Positions 1-7,577 of a stretch of 53,918 bases of DNA are shown piece by piece. The translations under genes and the position numbers were made by a program. Below the pieces are notes generated by a model that was not told the origin of the DNA, ran no database searches, and saw only the letters and a program-made list of their open reading frames with translations. The stretch is taken from the NCBI GenBank assembly GCA_040904405.1, contig JBBDTK010000018.1:2090-56007 (forward strand), in the 5' to 3' direction. This stretch comes from Solirubrobacterales bacterium (GTDB taxonomy: Bacteria; Actinomycetota; Thermoleophilia; Solirubrobacterales; 70-9). Every line of letters starts with the position of its first letter. Position 1 is the stretch's first letter.

Positions 1-609
1 CTCCCCCGCGACAGGACCCGCGGGCCTACCCGCTTGGTCCCTGACCAGATGGTCCAACCGCTCCAACGTCAGCGCCAGGTGCGACCCGCGCTTGGACTGG
101 GCGACAGCGTGGATCTCGTCGACGATCACGGCCTCGACGCCGGTGAGGATCTCGCGGGCGCCGGAGGAGAGGATCAGGTAGAGCGACTCGGGGGTGGTGA
201 TCAGGATGTCGGGCGGCGTTTTGCGCATCGCCCGGCGCTCTTTCTGGCTGGTGTCGCCGGTTCGCAGCCCGACCGAGATCTCCGCCCCGATCCCGCGCAG
301 CGGCGCCCGCAGGTTGCGCTCGATGTCGTAGGAGAGCGCCTTCAGCGGCGAGACGTAGACCAGCTTGACGCCCTCCCCGAGGTCGGGGTCGCGCGAGAGC
401 TTGTCGATCCCCCAGAGGAAGGCGGCGAGCGTCTTGCCCGATCCGGTCGGGGCGCAGATCAGCGCGTTGGCGCCGCCGGCGATCGCCCCCCAGCCGCCCG
501 CCTGGGCGGGCGTGGGCTCCTCGAAGGAGTTCTCGAACCAGCGCCTGACCGGGGCGCTGAACGGGGCCAGCGGGTCAGGCTTCGCGCTTGCTTTTCGATC
601 GGCGGCCAA
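1..609 (-). CDS. lhr: Lhr-like DEAD/DEAH-box ATP-dependent helicase, N-terminal part (gene continues past window start)
   Basis: Absent from the ORF track because it runs off the edge. Minus-strand translation reads ...PDPLAPFSAPVRRWFENSFEEPTPAQAGGWGAIAGGANALICAPTGSGKTLAAFLWGIDKL...VYVSPLKALSYDIERNLRAP...ITTPESLYLIL...VIVDEIHAVAQSKRGSHLALTLE. This shows Walker A, TPESL and DEIH motifs in Lhr order. The TTG start at 609 is tentative. Confidence 0.75.
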   Translation of the reverse strand, partial: MAADRKASAKPDPLAPFSAPVRRWFENSFEEPTPAQAGGWGAIAGGANALICAPTGSGKTLAAFLWGIDKLSRDPDLGEGVKLVYVSPLKALSYDIERNLRAPLRGIGAEISVGLRTGDTSQKERRAMRKTPPDILITTPESLYLILSSGAREILTGVEAVIVDEIHAVAQSKRGSHLALTLERLDHLVRDQAGRPAGPVAGE

Positions 610-628
610 CCCACCGATCTTACGCCGC

Positions 629-1780
629 TCAGCCGGCGCGGCCGCCGGCGAAGCCGACGAATGCCCGCCAGGCCGGCTTCGGGATGAAGCCGTCGCGGAA
701 GAGCCCGGAGCCGTCGCAGAAGTTGCAGCTGCCCTCCTGGTCGTCGACCGAGAACCAGTAGACGCGCTGGACGCGCCAGGCGGGCTGCCGGTTGCGCAGC
801 AGGCGGAAGGCGCCGCGCAGCTGCGCGGCCTGGCCGCTGAGGCCTTTGGCGAAGCTGTTGCGGCGGTTCGGCCGCTGCGAGCTCCAACCGAGCTCGGTGA
901 CCCAGAGGCCCTTGCCGGCGTCCCGATGCGCCCGGAGCACCCGGCGCACTTCTTCGGTGTAGGGCACGAGGCGCTTGAAGTTGGCGGTGTACGGGTGCAG
1001 GGAGACGCCGTGGAACTTGGTCTTGATCCCCGGCGTCCGCTTGTACATCAGGTCGAGGAACTCAGAGGCGAAGTAGGCCTGTTTGGGACCGCGCCGGATC
1101 AGCGACTCGGCCGGGCGAGAGAAGAGACCGCCGAGAACGATCCGGGCGCCGCGATCGGCCGCCTTGACAGCCGCGTAGGAGAACTTCACCAGCTTGCCGT
1201 ACTCGGCTGGGTTGGGTCGGGTGACGAAGTATTTGAAGTTCGCCTCGTTCCAGATCTGCCAGACCCGGATCGGGCGCCTCGGCAGGCCGGGGTTTTCCGC
1301 CCAGAAGGTCCCCTGGGGGCCGTAGCGCCTGACCGCCTGGATCACGAACTGGCGCCAGCCGGAGCGCTGCCCGGCGTTGCGCACGGGCAGGAAGCGCGGC
1401 GCTTGTGCGGCCCCGCCAGTGCCGGGGACGGGGGCGTGCGGCAGAACCCAGCTCGGCGCCCAGAAGAGGAACGGCAGCACGTCGACTCCGGCCGCCGCCG
1501 CATCGGCGATCACCGGATCGGTCCCCGAGAAGTCGATCGGCGAGCCCGGGGTCGGCTGTACGACGCCCCAGGAGACCGGGATGCGAACGCTGTCGACGCC
1601 GTCGCGCTTGAGCCGTTCGAACTGCTCGAGCGTCGGCGTCGCCTGCGGGACAACTCCCCAGAAGTTGCCGGGGACCGCGATCGCCGGCGCTGCGGCGATG
1701 CCCAGCCCTATCGCGGCGACCGCCAGCGTGACCGTCCAAGCGCGCACCAGTGCTACCGGGCGAATCCGAGCGCTCCGCAT
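629..1780 (-). CDS. Secreted clan GH-A (TIM-barrel) glycoside hydrolase-like protein
   Basis: 383-aa ORF with an N-terminal signal peptide (…LAVAAIGLGIAAAPAIA). It has WQIWNEANF (acid/base NE motif) and WVTELGW (nucleophile Glu). The C-terminal motif is GSCNFCDGSGLF…KPAWRAF. It is a paralog of 31249-32358. Confidence 0.8.
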   Translation of the reverse strand: MRSARIRPVALVRAWTVTLAVAAIGLGIAAAPAIAVPGNFWGVVPQATPTLEQFERLKRDGVDSVRIPVSWGVVQPTPGSPIDFSGTDPVIADAAAAGVDVLPFLFWAPSWVLPHAPVPGTGGAAQAPRFLPVRNAGQRSGWRQFVIQAVRRYGPQGTFWAENPGLPRRPIRVWQIWNEANFKYFVTRPNPAEYGKLVKFSYAAVKAADRGARIVLGGLFSRPAESLIRRGPKQAYFASEFLDLMYKRTPGIKTKFHGVSLHPYTANFKRLVPYTEEVRRVLRAHRDAGKGLWVTELGWSSQRPNRRNSFAKGLSGQAAQLRGAFRLLRNRQPAWRVQRVYWFSVDDQEGSCNFCDGSGLFRDGFIPKPAWRAFVGFAGGRAG

Positions 1781-1784
1781 GAGG

Positions 1785-2348
1785 TCAGCCCGCCTCAGGC
1801 GAGACGGACGAGTCGGAGGAGTTCGATCCTGGAGCGGCTGGGTCGCCGCCGCGGCGGCGTTGCCTGGCCATGACGACGCCGACGGAAATCGCGGCGAGCA
1901 CGGCGATCGCGATCAGGATCGGCAGCAGCGGCGAGGAGCCGCCAGCGTCGGCGTCGGCCGGCTGGGCGATGCTGTCGATCGGCGTGCCGCCTCCGATCGC
2001 TCCCTTGCCGGAACCGCTGCCCGGGCTACCCTGCTTGTCGGCGTTGCCGTTGGCGCCGCCCGCCCCTGAGGAGGAACCCGAGCCATCGCCGGACGAGCCC
2101 GAGCCACCCGAACCTCGACCGGCGGCGCCACCGCCACCATCCGTGTTGGAGGAGCCGGCCGAGGGATCGCGGTCGCCAGGCGCCTTGCCTCCGGGTACCG
2201 TGGGCACCGCGTCCTCGTAGGTTGGGACCCCATTGGAAGCCGCCTGGGCGGCGATCGGGAAGCAAGCAGATGCGAGCAGAGCCAGCACTGACAGAACGAG
2301 AATCGGGCGGCCCGAAATCCGGGACTGGAGTCGATCGGTCGCAGGCAT
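1785..2348 (-). CDS. Secreted Gly/Ser-rich low-complexity protein with C-terminal transmembrane anchor
   Basis: Internal ATG at 2348 gives MPATDRLQSRISGRPILVLSVLALLASACFPIAAQA (signal peptide). A G/S-rich region follows, then the TM segment LLPILIAIAVLAAISVGVVMA and a basic tail. The longer ORF to 2585 is an Arg/Pro-rich extension. Confidence 0.6.
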   Translation of the reverse strand: MPATDRLQSRISGRPILVLSVLALLASACFPIAAQAASNGVPTYEDAVPTVPGGKAPGDRDPSAGSSNTDGGGGAAGRGSGGSGSSGDGSGSSSGAGGANGNADKQGSPGSGSGKGAIGGGTPIDSIAQPADADAGGSSPLLPILIAIAVLAAISVGVVMARQRRRGGDPAAPGSNSSDSSVSPEAG

Positions 2349-2434
2349 GGCGCGCAAGGTTAGAGCAAAGCGCGGCGCTGCTCGCACCAGCGGCTCTCGT
2401 TCTCGGCCTTGCCCTGCCGGGCGGGGGCTTCGAC

Positions 2435-4279
2435 GTGACGACCCGCCACATCGCCGGCCTCGCGGTCTGGCTGGTCGTGATTGCCCTGATCGTGCTCGGC
2501 GCTTCCTCGCGGACGGCGCTGGCACGGCCGTTCTACCTGACGGCGGGGCTGGTCGGCGGTCTTTCCCTGCTGGCTGCAATGTCATCCCTCTGGTCGGGGT
2601 CGGCGGAGCTGAGCGTGATCGAGGCGGACCGGCTGCTGGTCTACCTCGGGGCCTTCCTTGCCACTTTCCTCATCGCTCAAACCGGCAAAAGGCGCCAACG
2701 TTTCGCTGAAGGGCTGACGATCGCGATTGCGCTCGTCGCCCTGCTGGCGCTGGGGAGCCGCCTGGCGCCGGGGCTGATCGAGGCCGGGGTCGAAGGCGAA
2801 GGGGCGCGCCTGCGCTATCCGCTGCGCTACTGGAACGCCGACGGGGCGCTCTTCGGCATCGGCGTGGCACTGCTGCTCTGGAGCAGCCGCAGAGCCGCCT
2901 GGGACGCCCTGCGCCGGCTCTCGGTCGCGGCGATCCCGGTGCTCCTGCTGGCGCTCTACTTCACCTACTCGCGCGGCGGCGTGCTGGCGCTGGCGATCGC
3001 CGCCGGCTGCACGATCGCCCTCTCCCGCGACCGCCTCTGGATCCTGGCGACGCTGGCGATCGGCGCGCTCGGCGCCCTGCCGGCGGTGCTCGCGGTGCAG
3101 GCGCGCCGCGAGATCGCCGACAACGTCGCCGGCCAGGCGGCGGTCGACCAGGGCGTCACCGTGCTGCTCTTCCTGCTCGCCGGCGTCGGGCTCGCCCTGG
3201 CGCTGTTCGCGGCCCTGCGCCGGCTGGAGGCGCGTGGAGGCGGGCGGACCCGACGCGCGATCGAGCTCTCACGCGATCCGCGCCTGCTCCGTGCCGTCGC
3301 GGCGGCGGCGGCCGTGGTCGCGATCGGGGTGACGATCGCGATCGGCGGCCGCGCCTGGGACCAGTTCAACAGCACCGACATCCAGTTCCCGGACCGGCCC
3401 GAGCAGCACTTCTCCAACCTCAGCGGCGCCGGCCGGGGCGACTTCTACCGCGTCGCGATCGATGCCTTCGGCGAGAAGCCGGTCCTGGGCAGCGGCGCCG
3501 GCACCTACGAGTTCGCCTGGGAGCAGAACCGCACGATCGAGATCCCCCTTCACGACGCCCACTCGCTCTACCTCGAGGCCTTCGCCGAGCTCGGCCTGCT
3601 CGGCGGCCTGCTCACCCTGGCCCTGATCGCAACCGTGCTCTGGACCGGCTTCGCGGCCTGGCGCGCCGCCGCCCACCCTCAGCGGGAGCTCTATGGAGTC
3701 CTCTTCGCGGCAGCGCTTGCCTTCGCCGTCGGCGCCGGGCTCGACTGGTTCTGGGAGATCGCCGCCCTCGGCGCCGTCTTCCTGCTTCTCGCCGGCCTGC
3801 TGGTCGCGGCCCGATGCGCGCAGCTCGTGCCCGGAGCGGAGCAGAGCGCCGCGGCGCCGGACTCGGGTGAGGGCCGTTTCGGCCTCGCCGTCGCCGGCCT
3901 CGCCGTCGCCTGGATCGCGATGGTGGCGCTGATCGGCCCGCTGCTGGTCGAGCGCGAGCTCGATGCCAGCCAGAGCGCCGCCGCCGAGGGCAACATCGCC
4001 AAGGCGATCGACCACGCCGAGACGGCCCGCTCGATCGAGCCCTTCGCCGCCTCGCCCTACGTGCAGCTGGCGCTGATCGCCGAGCTGCAGGGAGACTTCG
4101 CGGCCGCGGCCGAACGGCTGACGCAAGCGATCGACCGCGAAGACCGGAGCTGGCAGCTCTACTACCTACGCTCTAGAGTCGAGGGGGAGGCGGGGAACGC
4201 CGCCGCCGCGGGCGCCGACTTCGCGCAGGCCCGGCGCCTGAACCCGCGCGCCCCCGAGCTCCAGGCAGGCCGACCATGA
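2435..4279 (+). CDS. O-antigen ligase/polymerase-like (Wzy_C) polytopic membrane protein with C-terminal TPR domain
   Basis: Multi-TM ORF with YFTYSRGGVLALAIAAG and GSGAGTYEFAW…HDAHSLYLEAFAELGLLGG (Wzy_C-type loop). The C-terminus has TPR-like repeats. Start is uncertain. The ORF opens at 2222, but that would overlap the divergent gene ending at 2348. The first canonical start after 2348 is GTG 2435. CTG 2378 would keep an extra hydrophobic helix. Confidence 0.8.
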   Translation: MTTRHIAGLAVWLVVIALIVLGASSRTALARPFYLTAGLVGGLSLLAAMSSLWSGSAELSVIEADRLLVYLGAFLATFLIAQTGKRRQRFAEGLTIAIALVALLALGSRLAPGLIEAGVEGEGARLRYPLRYWNADGALFGIGVALLLWSSRRAAWDALRRLSVAAIPVLLLALYFTYSRGGVLALAIAAGCTIALSRDRLWILATLAIGALGALPAVLAVQARREIADNVAGQAAVDQGVTVLLFLLAGVGLALALFAALRRLEARGGGRTRRAIELSRDPRLLRAVAAAAAVVAIGVTIAIGGRAWDQFNSTDIQFPDRPEQHFSNLSGAGRGDFYRVAIDAFGEKPVLGSGAGTYEFAWEQNRTIEIPLHDAHSLYLEAFAELGLLGGLLTLALIATVLWTGFAAWRAAAHPQRELYGVLFAAALAFAVGAGLDWFWEIAALGAVFLLLAGLLVAARCAQLVPGAEQSAAAPDSGEGRFGLAVAGLAVAWIAMVALIGPLLVERELDASQSAAAEGNIAKAIDHAETARSIEPFAASPYVQLALIAELQGDFAAAAERLTQAIDREDRSWQLYYLRSRVEGEAGNAAAAGADFAQARRLNPRAPELQAGRP

Positions 4280-5775
4280 CCAGCAAGGCCGAGGAGACCA
4301 AATCGTCAAAGGCAACGCCGCCGCAGCGGGCGCAGCCGGGCCCGCGCGGACGGCGCGGTCGCGCCGCGGCCGGCGAGCACGGGGCGGCTGCTGCCCGCCG
4401 CCGCGGCTCGCTGCTGCGCCGGTTGATGGCGGCCAGCGATTGGCTGACCCTGCTGGCGACGCTCTGCGTGGTCACCGCCGCCAGCCCCCAGACCGACGTC
4501 GGCACGCTCTTCTTCGCGGCGATGTTCAGCCCGGTCTGGATCCTGGTCCTGAAGCTCCACGGCCTCTACGACAACGACCATCGCCGCATCCGCCACAGCA
4601 CCCTGGACGAGATCTCCAGCCTGATCTCGGCCGCCGCGCTCGGCACCCTCGCCCTCGACGGCCTGCTGGCGCTGAGCCCAGCCGGCCCGCTGGCGGCCAC
4701 CAGCGCGATCGGCGTCGGCGTCGGCGCCCTGTTCGGCAGCTTCGTCTCGCGCGCCGTGCTGCGTTCCCTCTGGCACCGCTTCGCCGGCGTCGCCACCGGC
4801 CTGGTGATCGGGCCGGCCGCGGCGGTCGCGGTCGTCGCCCGCCGCGTCGCCACCCATCCGGAGACCCGCCTGCACCTGGTCGGCTACCTGGCCCCGCGGG
4901 AGGAGAGCGAGCGCGCGGCGAGCGGTGAGCTGCCGCGGCTGGGCTCGGTCGACGACATCGCCAGGGTCGCGCGCGAGGAGCGGGTCGAGCGGGTGATCGT
5001 CACCGAGCAGGAGATGAGCGAGCCGGCGGCCGAGCGGCTGATCGAGGAGTGCAAGCGCGCCGGCCTGGCGCTCACCTTCCTCCCCCAGCACTACGGCCTG
5101 CTCGGGCCCGGGATCGAGCTGAACCGGCTGGCGGAGCTGCCGGTGCTCGACTTCCGCTTCTCCGATCCGCCGCGCTCGACCGTGGCGCTGAAGCGCGGCA
5201 TGGACCTGACGATCGGGGGCACGCTGCTGGTCGCGCTCTCACCGCTGCTGACGGCGCTGGCGGCGCTGATCCTGCTCGACTCCGGCCGTCCCGTCCTCTT
5301 CCGCCAGCGGCGGGCGGGCAAAGACGGCAGGCCGTTCACGGTGCTGAAGTTCCGCACGATGATTCGGGGAGCGGAGGAGCAGCTGGGCGAACTGGTCGAC
5401 CTGGAGAAGCTCGACGAGCCGGCCTTCAAGATCGCCGACGATCCCCGCGTCACCCGTGCCGGGCGCTTCCTGCGGCGCTTCAGCCTCGACGAGCTGCCGC
5501 AGTTCATCAACGTCGTCCGCGGCGACATGTCCCTGGTCGGACCGCGGCCGGAGGAGGAGGCGGTGGTCGCGCTCTACGACGAGCGACAGCGGATGCGCCT
5601 CGCGGTGAAGCCGGGGATGACCGGGCCGATGCAGGTCTACGGCCGCGGCGACCTCACCTTCGAGGAGCGGCTGGCGATGGAGCGCGACTACCTCGACAAC
5701 ATCTCGGTCGCCGGCGACCTGGCGATCCTGCTGCGCACGCCGACGGCGATCGTCCGCGGCGACGGCGCCTACTGA
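4276..5775 (+). CDS. Polyprenyl-phosphate glycosyl-1-phosphate transferase (WbaP/CpsE-type bacterial sugar transferase)
   Basis: ATGA overlap with the upstream gene. N-terminal TM helices and a central linker are present. The C-terminal domain is RPVLFRQRRAGKDGRPFTVLKFRTM…DPRVTRAGRFLRRFSLDELPQFINVVRGDMSLVGPRPE. Confidence 0.9.
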   Translation: MTSKAEETKSSKATPPQRAQPGPRGRRGRAAAGEHGAAAARRRGSLLRRLMAASDWLTLLATLCVVTAASPQTDVGTLFFAAMFSPVWILVLKLHGLYDNDHRRIRHSTLDEISSLISAAALGTLALDGLLALSPAGPLAATSAIGVGVGALFGSFVSRAVLRSLWHRFAGVATGLVIGPAAAVAVVARRVATHPETRLHLVGYLAPREESERAASGELPRLGSVDDIARVAREERVERVIVTEQEMSEPAAERLIEECKRAGLALTFLPQHYGLLGPGIELNRLAELPVLDFRFSDPPRSTVALKRGMDLTIGGTLLVALSPLLTALAALILLDSGRPVLFRQRRAGKDGRPFTVLKFRTMIRGAEEQLGELVDLEKLDEPAFKIADDPRVTRAGRFLRRFSLDELPQFINVVRGDMSLVGPRPEEEAVVALYDERQRMRLAVKPGMTGPMQVYGRGDLTFEERLAMERDYLDNISVAGDLAILLRTPTAIVRGDGAY

Positions 5776-5787
5776 GCTCGCTCCGCT

Positions 5788-6768
5788 GTGACCTATCCGC
5801 ACACGACGGGGCAGAGGAACAGGGCAGCGGGGGTGGACCTGGGGGTCGTCATCGTCGCCCACGGAGCCGAGGGGCTGCTGCGGCGCTGCCTGCGCTCGCT
5901 CGAGCGGCACCCGCCGGTGGGAACGATGCGGGTGACTGTGGTCGACAGCGGCAGCCCCGACTCGACCCCGGAGATGGTCGAGCGCGAGTTCCCTGCGGTG
6001 CGGCTGATCCGCCGCGGGAACATCGGCTTCTCCGCCGCCAACAACCTGATCCTGCGCGAGCACGAGGCGGACGCCTACCTGCTGCTTAACCCCGATACCG
6101 AGGTCTACGCGGGGACGCTCGACGCCGCGCTGGCTCGGCTGCGCGGCGAGGAGCGGATCGGCATGGTCGGGGTCAAGCTGGTGACCGAGTCGGGTGAGCT
6201 CGACCACGCCTGCAAGCGTTCCTTCCCGACCCCGCTCTCCGCCCTCGCCCACTTCGCCGGCGTCGGCCGCGGCGAGGGCGCCGGCCCGGCGTTGAGCCAG
6301 TACCGGGCGACCCAGCTCGGCGACGACGAGCCGGGCGAGGTCGACGCGGTCAACGGCGCCTTCATGCTCTGCCGGGCGCAGGCGGTGCGCGAGGTCGGCC
6401 TACTCGACGAGGGCTACTGGCTCTACATGGAGGACCTCGACTGGTGCCGCCGCTTCTGGGACGCGGGCTGGCGGGTCTTCTACGAGCCGGCCGGCACCGC
6501 CCTCCATCTGAAGGGCGGCTCCAGCGCCGGGCGGCGGGCGCCGCGCCAAGAGATCGCCTTCCACCGCGGCATGGGTCGTTTCTACCGTCAGCACGAGGCA
6601 GCCGAACACAACCCGCTGCTGAATCTCGCCGTCTACGCCGGGATCGGCGCCAAGCTCGCCACCAGCCTCGCGATTACCGCAGTGCAAACCGCTAAGGCTA
6701 GAAACGACAAGACCCGCCGAAGCGGGTCGAGTCTGGCGAAGCGGGGAACCACCCCCGCGGACGGCTGA
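5788..6768 (+). CDS. Family 2 glycosyltransferase
   Basis: GTG start. Motifs are VVIVAHG…VVDSGSPDST…NIGFSAANN…LLLNPDTEV…GAFMLCR…YMEDLDWC, a GT2/rhamnosyltransferase-like pattern. Confidence 0.85.
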   Translation: MTYPHTTGQRNRAAGVDLGVVIVAHGAEGLLRRCLRSLERHPPVGTMRVTVVDSGSPDSTPEMVEREFPAVRLIRRGNIGFSAANNLILREHEADAYLLLNPDTEVYAGTLDAALARLRGEERIGMVGVKLVTESGELDHACKRSFPTPLSALAHFAGVGRGEGAGPALSQYRATQLGDDEPGEVDAVNGAFMLCRAQAVREVGLLDEGYWLYMEDLDWCRRFWDAGWRVFYEPAGTALHLKGGSSAGRRAPRQEIAFHRGMGRFYRQHEAAEHNPLLNLAVYAGIGAKLATSLAITAVQTAKARNDKTRRSGSSLAKRGTTPADG

Positions 6769-6831
6769 CACCCGTAGAACCTAGGCTACCACGGACCGCC
6801 CTGACTCGACCCACCTCTTTGGATCTATCTG

Positions 6832-6920
6832 CGGAGGGCGCCGGACTCGAACCGGATCCGCTGGTAAGGCGGACAGACGGATGTCAGCCGTCCGGGCACA
6901 CCTGTGCGCCTTCACCCTCC
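6832..6920 (-). tRNA. tRNASec-like / allo-tRNA-like gene, 8/4 acceptor-T architecture, anticodon GAC (no encoded CCA)
   Basis: Minus strand reads GGAGGGTG-AA-GGCGCA-CAGG-TGTGCC-CGGACGG-CTGACAT-CCGTCTG-T-CCGC-CTTACCA-GCGG-AT-CCGG-TTCGAGT-CCGG-CGCCCTCC-G. The fold has an 8-bp acceptor, a 6-bp D stem with a 4-nt loop, and a 7-bp anticodon stem with a 7-nt loop (U33, GAC, A37). It also has a 4-bp variable arm, a 4-bp T stem with a canonical TTCGAGT loop, and discriminator G. Folded by eye only. Confidence 0.55.
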
Positions 6921-7005
6921 TGCAGCCGAAGCTAACAGTGAAATCCGGCCAAAAACCGCACTGCACCGAATTGGCACACTAATTTTTCACTTTCGCTTGT
7001 AAGCC

Positions 7006-7021
7006 GTCACAAGTATGTGAC
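7006..7021. promoter_or_regulatory. Palindrome GTCACA-AGTA-TGTGAC in the AT-rich spacer between the rmlC stop and the tRNA-like gene
   Basis: Perfect 6-bp arms with a 4-nt spacer, 8 nt after the rmlC TAA stop. It sits in the only AT-rich stretch (6921-7028) of this region. It could be a weak terminator hairpin or an operator. Confidence 0.3.
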
Positions 7022-7028
7022 TTTTGAC

Positions 7029-7577
7029 TTAAAAGGGAAGAGTCTCGGCGACCTCGGCCAGCCTCGGGGCCTGCTTGTCGCGCTCAGAGAGGAGGGGTTC
7101 CTCGACCGGCCACTCGACGCCGACGTCGGAGTCGTCCCAGGCGATGCCGGCCTCGGTCGCCGGGTCGTAGGCGCTGGAGAGCAGGTAGGCGACGTCGGCG
7201 ACGTCGCTGAGCACCGCGAAGCCGTGGCCGAAGCCGGCCGGGACGAAGAGCTGGCGGTGGCGCTCGTCGTCGAGCTCATGGCCCTCCCACTGGCCGTAGG
7301 TGGGCGAGTCGCGCCGCAGATCGACGGCGACGTCGAAGACCCGCCCGCGCGGGCAGCGGACCAGCTTCGCCTGGCCCGGCTCGGTCTGGAAGTGCAGCCC
7401 GCGCAGCGTCCCCCTCGCCGAGCGCGAGTGGTTGTGCTGGACGAACTCGACCTCGACCCCGAGCTCGGCCCAGGAGTCGCGGCGGTAGGTCTCGACCATG
7501 AAACCGCGCTCGTCGCCGTGCACGGCCGGCTCGAGCAGGACGACGCCGTCGAGCTTCGTCGGCAGCCGCTTCGGCAT
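7029..7577 (-). CDS. rmlC: dTDP-4-dehydrorhamnose 3,5-epimerase
   Basis: ATG at 7577 overlaps the rmlB stop (ATGA). Sequence is MPKRLPTKLDGVVLLEP…HGDERGFMVETY…RGTLRGLHFQ…QAKLVRCPRGRVFDVAVDLR…FVPAGFGHGF. Confidence 0.9.
   Translation of the reverse strand: MPKRLPTKLDGVVLLEPAVHGDERGFMVETYRRDSWAELGVEVEFVQHNHSRSARGTLRGLHFQTEPGQAKLVRCPRGRVFDVAVDLRRDSPTYGQWEGHELDDERHRQLFVPAGFGHGFAVLSDVADVAYLLSSAYDPATEAGIAWDDSDVGVEWPVEEPLLSERDKQAPRLAEVAETLPF

Noticed and set aside
2233-2709. Plus-strand ORF whose internal ATG at 2347 shares a CATG with the divergent gene start. It was considered as a possible true N-terminus of the Wzy_C-like gene via frameshift.
   Set aside because: Its translation (MARKVRAKRGAARTSGSRSRPCPAGRG…) is basic low-complexity sequence with no TM helices. 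The Wzy_C frame is continuous without it.
6832-6920. Alternative identities for the structured RNA: tmRNA 3' domain, canonical class II tRNA-Ser/Leu, or ordinary selC.
   Set aside because: It is too short and lacks a tag reading frame or pseudoknots, so it is not tmRNA. A 7/5 fold would need a T-C mismatch in the T stem and a D arm without A14/canonical loop. The 8/4 fold with a 6-bp D stem is perfect. The anticodon loop reads CTGACAT (GAC), not the TCA required for selC. No sel genes are in this window.
6781-6966. 61-aa minus-strand ORF overlapping the tRNA-like gene.
   Set aside because: The same bases fold into a complete cloverleaf. The peptide has no features, and the region is an AT-rich spacer.
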